Assembly (NCBI GenBank): GCA_003614675.1
Contig: ML002374.1
Span: forward strand, 1 to 36,439
DNA length: 36,439 bases
From: Dimargaris cristalligena
Taxonomy: Eukaryota
Direction of reading: 5' to 3'
Position numbers and translations under genes: made by a program
Shown here: piece after piece, positions 11,413 through 22,784 of the stretch
How positions within the stretch are numbered: the stretch's first letter is position 1
How the letters are laid out: every line of letters starts with the position of its first letter
The notes under the pieces: generated by a model
The model's input: only the letters and a program-made list of their open reading frames with translations
Told to the model about the DNA's origin: nothing
Databases searched by the model: none

Positions 11413-11477
11413 TTGAATTTTATCGGAAATAAAGGGATATACAAGGTGAATTGTGATTTAGTAAAATTCTAAATTGA

Positions 11478-12154
11478 CTACCAGACTCGACATTGTTTAA
11501 TAGCTTCCACCAGTGGCCCTAGAGTTTCGCGCAGTTGGTTGCCGGAAGTAGTATCGTTGCGTTGAGTCAATGTCCGGTGGTCTTTGAGAGATATCCCCAG
11601 TAAAAGTTGACGTCCATCGTAGCGGTTCGCCTGATAGATGGTGTTGGTAATTTGGGTGGCCAACAGCTGGTATATCATACCGAGTGCAGGATCACCAGGG
11701 GTTCCGAGAATAAACCGGGTATCAATGGGGACTGAAGACTCAGCCAAATCCTTCGAACCATCGGAGTTGTGCATCGGTGCCGATATCATGGGGTTTTCGG
11801 CCGATGATGCGAGCTGGGTCATGAGCTGGCAAGGGGGATAGGAAGGGGAGCGGAGAGAAACATATCGGAAAACATGGTCAACGTAAGCTTCAGGGCCTCA
11901 GCTAATCTATCTGGGTTGCAGTGGGCCAAATGAGTCAAGGGTGGAAGGGGGGAGGAGTACCGCTATAAACCGAGTCCAGCGTTGGCGGTTGCACTTACTA
12001 AAGAGCCGATATTGTCCAGTTGAGTAACCAGTACGACGATGCGATTGCTGAACCCAAGCACTACAATGTCAGTGGGATTTCCAGCAATCAGGATACATGC
12101 TTGCTCGATTGGGACCGGGAAAGCACGGTCAGTATTGGAAGTTTCGTTTTCCAT
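11478..12154 (-). CDS. PAC3: Proteasome assembly chaperone 3 (PSMG3/PAC3 family), 2 exons
   Basis: Exon 12154-11999 (FPVPIEQACILIAGNPTDIVVLGFSNRIVVLVTQLDNIGSL, donor GTAAGT) joins exon 11825-11478 (...TRFILG...YQLLATQI...RQLLLGISLK...CRVW-TAG). F.NRI.V.VTQ...IG, LLLGISL and the terminal C.VW are PAC3 hallmarks. Confidence 0.85.
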
Positions 12155-12776
12155 CGTTTTTATTAGGGCACCCGGCAGTAATAGTGGTCGCCTTGACAAA
12201 TGGGTATTGAATGGCGTGAGTTAATTGCCAATAAAAGGGGTTATAAAAAAATTAGAAACAGTCAAGCAAACAGGTACTTGTTGTCGTGGGTGGAGCCCCA
12301 ATAGCCAGGTTAGACTACCAGCGAAAGCTCAGTCTTAAAGTGCGAAAATAGTCAAGGGCCAGCGTTATATCGTACATGAACCGCACTGTTCTCCCAGAGC
12401 AGGGTACTTTGGGCTTCAATAAATCGACCACGGGGCCAATTTCCTTATATTCCGTTGGGCTTATGACACATCTACCCACGTCCGCATATTAATACGAATG
12501 ACTTTTGTAACCCTAAACCAAAGATATCATCTAAACCGGGCTGAGCACGGATCATAGCCAGCCACACCAGGAGGATGGTTAGTTTGATAAAGAATCGGAT
12601 TCTATTCCTAGTTGCTTTTACCTATTCCTCGGCTCAATCTAGCCGGATAGATCACCCCCCCTGGTGACAGCAAATTCCAGAATGTGAAAACACGAAATAT
12701 TTATTAAGCACTACCAGATATTAAGTATCCATTCAAACTTAAGGGGACATTGCCCATTGGAAGGAAACAGCGGTAT

Positions 12777-15700
12777 CTAAGTTACATAAACATACATATC
12801 CCGGTTGTTTTCATCCCGCTCAATATACTCCTTATTGATCAGTTGCTCAACGCATTTTTTAACCAACGGCACGTCTGGTCGGAACCGCTGTTGGCCCATC
12901 TGTATGACCTCAGCCACCAACTGATTATGGCTTAGCTGCCGTCTTGTTTTCATGATGCGCACAATCAGGGCCTGGAGATACAGTCGACGATCTTCCTCCA
13001 CTACCCGCCGGGTTGCTTCCGAACTCTCCTCCGCGTCGCCCAGGAGGCCATCGCCCTTCGGCGAATACGAAGCGGAGGGGTTGGAATCATCACTGCCGGC
13101 CCCGGCAGAGGCCCCGGTGGCTGACGAAGCCATCGCATTGGCTGCAGGGACGCGCAGCTTGAAGCGCCGGTGACTAAACCGTTGATTAAGTAGGAGGACT
13201 GAATGTAAAGTACAGCCGGGTTGGGTTTGGGGGGCTTGTCGGACTAGCGAGTCCCCCCGGCCTTTGGTCAGGGCACTACGCTCATTGGTTGGAGGGACAG
13301 TTGTGTCGTCGGACACGGCAGATACCGATGGGGTGGAGGAGGAGGATGCGTCTACCGTCAACAGACCCATATCGACCAGTGGTTGGGTGTGGTAAAGGGT
13401 CTCCAAGGGACTCAGTTCGGTCAAGGCGGCTAGTTCAGGTATACTCAGCCGATCTATGCGTTCAAACTGGAGCAGTAGGGCCAGTTGGTGCAATGTCATG
13501 TGGACTTCGTACTTTTTGTCCAAATAGTTGAGTTTCACGTCGGCTTTAGCGAACTGCCACAGCCATGTCAGTTTACGGCCACTGTGTTTGCTGTGGTAAA
13601 ATTCCACGAAGCGATTAAAGCTGTCGAGCAACTCCCCGGGAAATTTGAAGTCCCGGCCCGCCGCCGCCGTCGAAGAAAGCTGACTGCCGCTGCCACTACG
13701 GCTTCCGCCGTTATAATTAGGGTTACTATTGCCATTACCCCCGCCGTTCAGGGGCCACGACCGGGCCGTCAGAACCATACTTTTCATGCGGGTGACTGGT
13801 GCTCCCGGACCGGACCGGGCGAACTCCTGGCTCAGCGTCTCACTCATGGCCACGTCGTTGAACATCTGGTTGAGTTTATTAGTGTACTCCACCCCGCAGA
13901 CACTCTGCAATTGGGCCACAATGGTGGCCTCGGTATCGGGGGAGGCACACTGGTTGAACATCAACCGGCGGGCGAGGGCCCGGGTGTAAAATTTCTGGAA
14001 CACGTCCTTGTCGTCAATATACTTGAATAAATGCAGCATCTGGTGGAGACGACCTTCCCGATCGGTCTCGCTGAGACTGGCCCGGGTCGGTCGGCGTAGG
14101 AGGACCAGGTCACAGTATTTGGCGAAGAGTTCCGGGGCATAAAGAGCCTTGGCTAATTTACCCTCCAAGTCCGGCCGGGTACCACCCCCACCGGTGGCGG
14201 GTGGGGGAGTAGTCTGACTTCCCCCGATGGAAGAAGGGCCACTGGTGGCCGGGGTGGGTAGCGACGATGGACTGGCAACCTCCGTACCCGGGGTCGCCGT
14301 GAGTGCCCATAGACTCCGCTGCTCGTTCACCACCGTTCGGAAGGCCTTGTCCAAGGCGGCCGTAAAGGCCGGGTCATTCCGGAAGACGTCCTGACACGCC
14401 TGGAGCTGTTTGGTATGGAAATGCATGAGCTTCTCCACCACCTCCCGCAGGTCCTTAAACTCGGTCGAGGCCACCGCTCGCTTGATCTGCCGGCCACCCT
14501 CCACCACAAACTGTTCATAAGTTTCCAGGGCCGGTTGAATGCCGTCAGCAATGCGGGCCAACAGCGAATACGCCAACGCACAGCTGTACAGATTGCCAGT
14601 AAAGATGGCCATGTCCAGTTCGGTTTGTAAGCGTGTCACATAGGGGCTAATAAGGGCCCGTTCGCAGCAGGTAACTACTTCCTGGAGAGAACTGGGGTGA
14701 CAGTAACGTTCGCCGTTGGCCGTTTCGGTGACTAAAAGGGCGCTGATTTGCTCCATAAACGACACGATATCCAGCGAATCAAACAGATCACGGGCCCGTT
14801 TTTGGCAGTAGTGGCGAAGCCGGGAAATATAGGGGCTTTTGAACTCGATAAAGTACCAGCTCAGATGGGAGGACGGCGTGGGATCAATAACACACACGGA
14901 ATCGACGAATCGCCGGACGAGCGATGGATGGGTGGCCGACGCGGCGCTGGTAACAATGGTAGTGGCGGCGTTATGGACGCCCTGTCGACCGGAGGCGATG
15001 ATACCAAACGCCTGATTCACCAGTAAATTATCATACTGGTCCCGGATCGCATTGAGGACCCGATAGCGCCAGATCCGGCGGGACAACGAGAGGATATCCT
15101 CGAGGTCGTAATAAGGCGGCTGACTGGTGTTCGGCGAGGCAGATCCCGAAGTCCATAAATCGTTGCTTAGACTACCCGGAAGACCGTCGTATATTACCGA
15201 GGGGTGGGCCGTCAGTCTTGTGGCATAGTTTTGGGTCGGGCCCGTTTCGCTGGCTAATTTCTGGAGCCGTTTGTTTAAGTAGATGCAGAGCGAGTCGATG
15301 TAGATGGAGGCGAGGGAGTACTGCTCCCAGTGGGTGGCGTACGCCTGGAGCGGGTTGTCGCTGTGGATAATTTGCTATAATCGCGGGGAGATAATGGGGT
15401 TGATGGGTAGTTGTTAGTGAGGCCGTGGGTGGTGACGCATAATCTGGCCTAGGTATTAGAAAGGTCGGGATAGGTTTTGTAGAAGGTCGCCGGTTATCCC
15501 CCACCATAATATTTAAATCCCCGATAGGGGTAATAACGGCAGGATTGGCAAGGGGGCTGGGGGGTTTGATTTTATAAACAGCTAAAACTCGATCGTTGCG
15601 GGATACCGGGACGGGCCAGAAACGAAACTCACACCCTCCCATACTAACTACTTGGTCAAGGCACACTCCAACAGCATAGAAACTCCTACCATATAGCGCA

Positions 15701-15931
15701 ACTTACAAGTAGCAGATGACTGGTGTGTTCCTCCAGGTACCGGGCCAATGCATGGAATAGCTGTTGAATGTAAGGTTGGGGTCGGGCGGTACACATATCG
15801 TAGATAAGCTGGATAATATGCACGCCCGAGACACTATCGAAGTTTGAAAAAGAGTATAGTTTGGTCAAGTCATTGCTCAGCTTGGCGAACATTTGCCCAA
15901 ACGGAATGCGACGCTTCTTTAAAAGCAACAT
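12777..15931 (-). CDS. CUL2: Cullin, CUL2-like, 2 exons, 940 aa
   Basis: Exon 15931-15707 plus exon 15374-12777, which is continuous with ORF 15086. Cullin motifs: ALDKAFRTVVN, APELFAKYCDLVL, FKYIDDKDVFQKFY, CGVEYTNKLNQMFND, HSGRKLTWL, neddylation site IVRIMK, KKCVEQLINKEYIER. The N-terminus LKKRRIPF...IYDMCTARPQP...YLEEH resembles animal CUL2 (LKPRVVDF...IYALCVAYPEP...FLENH). Confidence 0.85.
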
Positions 15932-16691
15932 AGTGGGCGAATGGGGCGCATGTGAAGTCCGAAAGGGCGAGAAGTGTGTGTATGCGTGTATATGAAGGGA
16001 TTGTTAAGAAGTGATAAATATAATGTGGATGGGGGGATGGGCAGAGAATGTGGCCAAGGTAAATGAAACGAAACTCAAAGCTAACAATCTACACTCAACT
16101 GTTTATAAGTTCAGTTCTCAATAACAAAAGAAATCTAGGGCCTTACTCAGTCCTCAGGGTCCCTAAGAGATGCAAGGGGGAGGGAGGTTCCTTCTAGCAA
16201 ACCAAGGGCCTAATGGGGGGGGGATGAAGTTCCGAGCTGCCTTGGGCATATAGCACCTGTAAATCTCCCTAGAAGCCAATAAATGCCCCGAAAATAGCTT
16301 GCTCTATTATACCGAGATTGCGGTGAAGTTTATTCCAAAGTATGTGATTAGTGGGAGGATATAAGAGTATCAATGACATCTTAGCATAACTATTGATAAA
16401 GTAGCAATTGTTGGGGTACAAAAACTCAATTTGTTAAATTCATCATATTTCTCAACATAAATGGGCCACGAGTCACTTAATCGGCGGCTTAGATTAGGGC
16501 ACGTAAATCACCGTATTTTTACTTAAAAATGGTATATGATAGCAATAAATAATAAAAGGTAGTACAAAACAGAGCGCGACATCCGTCTAGTCTGATGGCC
16601 AGATCAATTCGGTAAAAATTGCAATTTAGAGCACAGGAAGTATGGGTAGAAATTACAGCAGGCTCAAAAGGGAGAGGCATAATAACGATGG

Positions 16692-19600
16692 CTACGCATT
16701 GCCGCTATCCATCTTGGACTCGAGGGCCTTGACAATAGTATTGGAGAGGGAGGTGGTATAACGCTGGATTTGCAAGAGCTGCCTACAATTTGGATTTAGA
16801 GATGGTGTAAATGGCAGTATTTTTAAAATAAAGCAACAAAAGGTTAGATTAGTAAGTCTGGGGTATTCATAGTATCTAAAACTTGGTACATAGACACCCC
16901 ACCCAGGATAGTGACACTATTTTGCGCAGTATATAGGATATAAGGGCCAGATTTCAGCTGACTTGGTGCGGAAAGGTGCACCCACTTACTTAATACTAAA
17001 TGACGAAAAGTTGGTGTGTGCCTGGCAGTCCTGTAAATCCTGCAAGAGTTCAATTAGATCATCGGGGGACGAGGGTGACCGGTGTTGGTGACTGGCAGTA
17101 TCGGACGAATTCACCTTGGTGGCCTTAATAACTGGTTGGGAGGGCTTTGATACATTGACATCCGCCGCTGGCACGCTGAGCTTCCGTTTACGCGGCAGTA
17201 GCGTCGCAGTGAGGGATCCATTCGTCGAGCCGTCCGGGGAGGGGGCCGAATCCGACTCATCCGACACTTGTGGACTACCGGACCGACTATTGGTCCCATT
17301 GGCAGGGTTCTGGCTTACCAGCTGGTCCCGCGTCATCAATAGCCGTTGGTGGAATGCGTCAGGCACGGTAAAAACGACCCGGATCGGTGATGGACGGAAT
17401 GCCAGGGTAGCAGGGTTCGTATTGCCATTCGTTCGAGAATATTTGGGTGACTTGAGGTAGCACAGTGATATGGGACGCGCCTGGTTCAAAGCATCGGCTT
17501 GGCACGGAACCAGGATTCCTGTGACCGGTGCAAAGAGGTGGTTCCAAAAAAGAATGGCACAGCGGGCGAGTCGGGTGGATTTGTGAGTCAAGGCGATAGT
17601 TAAGAGAGGCATGATGATGCTAAATAGTTTAGCATCGACGACTTTGGTGTACAAGGCCATGGCTCGAAGAATGGCCCGAAGAAGCTGACCTAGCTCGGTA
17701 TGATACAGTGCCTGAACCTGCCGGGTTTGGTCGGCCACATAATGTCGCTCGTCACTCAGCCAGAGGCGTAGGGCCCCCAAAAGGGATGAGTGGGCATCCT
17801 GGAATACGGCTCCATCGGCAAAGTAACAAGGGAAAAGCTCGAGCAATTGGCAGATGCATCGGAACGTGGTCTGTAAAAAGACCGGAAGTTGTTTTTTATC
17901 CTGAGGGACCTGGTCTAGCCAGTTGTAGCAGTCGTAAAGGAAGGACGTGGCTGTTTGTAGTGTATGCTCGTAATCGGTTAGAAATAGAGTGGGTTCCGAT
18001 TGCGAATTAAGGGCGTCGACAAGGGCCTCGGGGAACACAGAGAGACCCATGGGGGAATTGATGGCGATATCAGTCGGATCAGCCGTGCCCAACGTTTGGC
18101 AGACAATGTCGAAAGCAAAGGTCTGCCAAAAAAAGGAGCTACAACCCAGCATGTCCAAGATTAAAGATACACAAAAGTCCGATTTTTAGTAACGGGGTTG
18201 GTTCAAATATATTAATGTCGCAATCAGCACCAACACAAGTATGCCTGTCTAAATCGGTGTATCAAATGGCGGGAGTAGTTCGATTTAGAGTGTCTAAAAA
18301 TCTCGACTTACCTGGATACGGTTAAGAGGGCGCCGTGGTGCCAGTATCGGGCCAGTTGGGTATAAAGGGGGAGTAATAAAAAAGTCAAGCCCCAAGTTGC
18401 TTCGCCAATCCCACTTTGGTGGTCAATCAAGCGGGTGAATAACAGAGTCCACTGGGATCGGATCTGATCCAAAAGCGAAGGTGAACAGTCTTCCGGATTC
18501 AGTAATTTCATGGGCTGGAGTAGCAGAGCAAGGCACTGGGTCAACGCTTCGGTGGGTAACCGGCAGGCCGGGGATAGCTGCGCCAGTTGCGCATTAGTCC
18601 ACTGGGCCCACACTACCCAAGTGACTATGGACGACCGGTGGGGCGCAGGGAAAGCGTTGTGCCATTGTAGCCAGAATGGGTGCATGGCCAAAAAACACTC
18701 TTTTGGGCTGTTTGGTTCGACCTGAGGGCGACTATGTTGTATTAACGCGAGTAAATGGCATTGGGTACTTTTGATCAGGTCCTGGACGCAATCATTGGAT
18801 TCGATTGGGATGCGGTCGAGATGGCGGAGAATCGCCAGGAATAAATCGTTGAGCGCGTCTAAAGGTCGAGTATATTTAGGTAAATCGGCATTAAAAAGAA
18901 AACCAGGTGAGGGATAATGAAATTCCTAGGATAGTTATAAACCCCTCATTGGTATCGGCCATCCACGGTATCCTTAGCATAAGAGCCAGTAACCAATTAT
19001 AGGGAAGTCAGAGCGGAGAAAAATGGAGGGGCACTGGGCTATCGATGATAAACCTACCTATGAGTGTAGATGGCGATGATACAGATGACTGGCGGCTTGG
19101 GGGGGTGAACGCCCCGGTTTTATCGCCGTTTTCGCGGTCCGAATCAATTTCGGCGCCACTATCCCCAGGCTCCCCGATTTTGCCAGCCGGGCCATCTGCC
19201 TGGGTATTGGAGGACGAATCAGATGTCCGAGTTGCGGTGGGGTCACTTGGCAATCCAAGACCGGCGGGGGTAATACATTGGTCATTCAGCAGAGGCCAGA
19301 GATGGGTCGAGTTAAGAAGGCTTGTGACGAGTCGCTCGAATAGAAATAATTCACTGAGATGATACGGCGGAGTAAACGGAGCGGAGTTAGAGGTGTCATC
19401 AGTAGGTGGAGAGGCGGTTTCCGATTCAGGGTAGAGCCAAGTGGGTGGTTTTGCGACACACGGCGGGTCCGTCCGCTGGGATACGGTGCGTAAGGCATTA
19501 ATATACGCCTCGATAGAAGGGCGAGCGGGCAGCCCGGTAGGGTCTAACGTGGCCATAGCGCTAGGGGACGGTGAGGAATTCATCCCGTCCGAGGCTTCCG

Positions 19601-22600
19601 TTATCTCGATTGGATCGCCCTGCAGCAGGTATAGGAGGGCATCCCAGACGGAGGCTAAATAATTATCGCAGAGAGGAATCCGGGTCGAGTCAATCTGGCT
19701 CTCAGGATGGTCGGGAGGCAGATACACCATCGCTTGGTCCGACCACGAAGCCATAGCGGAAGGAGGGTCTGAAGGGGTTATAGCTAGGTTGGTGGGGTCA
19801 ATATTATCGATAGGGGTATTAGAGGACCACGTGAGGGGATTTGGTGGCAGGTCCGCGGACGGCTCTATAGCAGTGTCCTGCAGGGATTTGCCTAATGTAA
19901 ACTGGAACCATTCGATAATTAGCGGGAATTGCTGAAGCACAGTCGCCAAGTCCAACCCAGTCGACTGAAAAAGAAGTGAACGGCAATGAAGGGCTTCAAC
20001 AGCCATCGACTGGATATTTACAGCCGCCGGACTCCCAATTGCCTGGGGTGGATCCCCATCTTCCGCGGATGCCGACGTAGCATCAACTGGGGTGCCCCAC
20101 TGGCGGGTATAAGAAAGCCACCGGGGGGTTAAAATAGGGTTCGGTGGATAGGGGGAAAATGAGAGGTATTCTAGGATGCGGGAGGGCTGCCATGTGGGGG
20201 TAGCATCCGTGACTGGTGTAGGGGTAGACGTACGATCCCGGTTGAGACGTATTAGAGCAGGAGCCACCATGGCCTCAAGCGAATATAGAGCTAATGAGCG
20301 AACCTCGTCGAAGGGGTCAGTCAGGGCCCGCGGGAGTAGCGGCTCAACTACAATGGAGAAAAATACGCCAAGGTGGGTGCCCAAGGCATACACCAAGGTG
20401 ACCCAGGTCCGGAGACAGACACTGCGTATACACCGATTCTTCTCAAACATGAAGCAGTTAATCAGCGGTACCATGATGAGGCGCACCCGTTTTTCGTGGA
20501 ACAGGTTACCGTCCAGGGAAAGGGTGTAAATCAAACAGCGCCAGTGCCGGAATGCAGTCGTTTTCACATCGGCCTTGCGACTATTGAAGGCCTTCTCTAG
20601 CACTTTAAGAAATGGGTTGAGCATGGCGCTCTTGTGGAGCTGGCGACCGAGGTAAGCGATGAGAATCCCCCAGACTCGGGTGACTAGTTTCTCCTCACCC
20701 TTTGCGAACAGGCGGTTCATGGCATCAATTACGGCCACGGCATTATTGGTTAAAAAGTTCTAACGGCAGTGGATATGACATACAGGTCCAATTGGTGGCT
20801 GATGGTTAGAATTGATATAAGGTGATTGTTAAGGGACACGCCCCCCTGATCTTATGACTGCATGCAGAGGTGCTGCCCAGCCTTCACTTGCAATTAACAA
20901 TATCCATGTCATAATTTCCGGCAAACTATACCAATCCAGGGAGATAGTAGTTTATCCCATAACAACTTACTTTGAATACCAAGTCAGTTAGTTTGGAATC
21001 CACGGGCCCTTTATCCGTCGATTTCTCGTGCGGCTGTGGCGTAGGATCCACAAACTGCAGGTAAACCAACCGCATGATCCGTTCCGACTTCATGCGTGCC
21101 ATGGGTGGATCGCTAAATACGTAGTCAATTAGGGTATTAAACCAATCACTTAAATACTGGGTGGCGACCGGTGGGTGTACCGTAAAGGCCCTTTCGAGTA
21201 CTACAAGTGCCTCCATTTTAATGGAAACCGATTTGGGACACTGTCGTAGTATCTGGGTGGTCACACTGACCATCCGAGGAGCCAATTCCTGGATCAGTTC
21301 AGAAGGTACTTGGGCATTTGCGATACAATTAAGGCAGAGTCCGCTGGTCGTCTGATGTATTTACCGAGGCACATGAGTACAAGTATGGTTAAACAGTATG
21401 TGCGTATTATAGGCGGGTTAGTATATTAAATGGCCACAGTCAATTCCCTAATTCGGGGGGGGGGGTGTTCATTTGGGAAAATCAACCATGATTCAATAGA
21501 CGTCGGATAGTACTGGCTGGACTAGGGGGTGAGTGGGTTAGGGCATTAAACGAATAAAAAGTAGGTTACACAATAGAATGTTAAATGACAATATACCTTT
21601 TCCTGGGTTACGGCTAGACGCTCAAGAATCCAGTTCAGAACGGCCTCCAATTGGTCCTGGGGCACTGATTGGGTACATTCGGGAATCCGGAACCAATACA
21701 CGAGGCACCGTAAGGCATAGAGACTAATGACGTGGTTGCTGCTTTCCTTGAGATCGGTGTGAAACGCCTGAAGAAAGAGGGGGGCACTCTCGATTAGGGC
21801 TCGACAGGGCGGAAATGATGTTAATGTGTTGGTATCAACCGTTTCGGCTACTTCGACGGATAGTGAAGGATCAGCTAGCTCGGCCGAAGCCTGGTGATCA
21901 TTGGTAGTAGAGGAACATTCATCTACGGGGATTGTCGCCATAACCGAAGGTGTAGTAGGGCGCAGTTGATGATAGAGGCCCGAGTACAGCTCAATCCGTT
22001 GCTCCACATCCATGATAGCCCATACTAAATTGGGCGATTCGTCCTTCACGTTCATTGGGGACGATTCATCGAAGTCCTTCGGGATACATTTTGACAGAGG
22101 AGTACTCGAATCGGTAGAGTCGGTCTTGGCGGCATCGGATTGGTAGTGGGCGGACCATAGCTGGATAGCGATTTGGGCAAAATTACAGGTGTCGGTGGAG
22201 GGGTCGGAATCAGTTCCCGGGAATTCATCTTCCGGGGACCAGGCCACGGGAAAGAGCGGGCCATGGCCACCGGCTTCCGATATTTGGGCCTGCCGGAGCT
22301 TAGCCTGGAAGAGCGGGGACGGAGAAACCGCGGATGCGCCGGCCTCGAGAACCGCCGCGATGGAGTCCGCCGCCGGGCGGGAGCGGGGGCTACTAGCAAA
22401 TAAACTCACATACTGGCGTAATTTAGACGGGGTTTTCAGGATTCCCTTGACCACATTGGGAGCGGGGGACAGACCAGGCGGGTTGGTATGGGTAGGCAAA
22501 TAACTGGGAGTTCCGGTGGCGGTGGGAGGGGCTGCTGGGACAGGGGTAAGGTCAGTGGAAGCGACTGTGGTAGCGTTTGTGGTTGTGGTTGAAGTTGAAG

Positions 22601-22784
22601 TTGTGGAAGCTGCGCCGGAAGAATCTTCCGGGTGACCCATGAACCGGGGGACAGGTGACCCAGCAGGGATAGGAGAGTAGACAGAATGAGTCAGTGGCGA
22701 CACTAGGCTGCGGGGGCCTAACTGGCAGGAACTGAACGAGACCTGCTTGGCCTTATTACGGGCACTGGCCGGGGTGGCGGGCAT
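16692..22784 (-). CDS. RIF1: Rif1 (replication-timing/telomere regulator), 6 exons, about 1685 aa
   Basis: Exons 22784-21597, 21351-20971, 20759-19058, 18858-18312, 18138-16990, 16782-16692 (5058 nt, phases 0,0,1,2,2 consistent). PP1-docking motifs KQVSF (RVxF) and KGILK (SILK) lie at the N-terminus. Rif1_N HEAT segment: VWGILIAYLG...LNPFLKVLEKAFNS..DVKTTAFRHWRCLIY...RVRLIMVPL. Short helical C-terminal domain. Confidence 0.88.

Noticed and set aside
1..22784. Telomere gene cluster (Est1-like plus RIF1)
   Set aside because: The two genes are more than 16 kb apart with six unrelated genes between them, and the Est1-domain protein may be an NMD factor.
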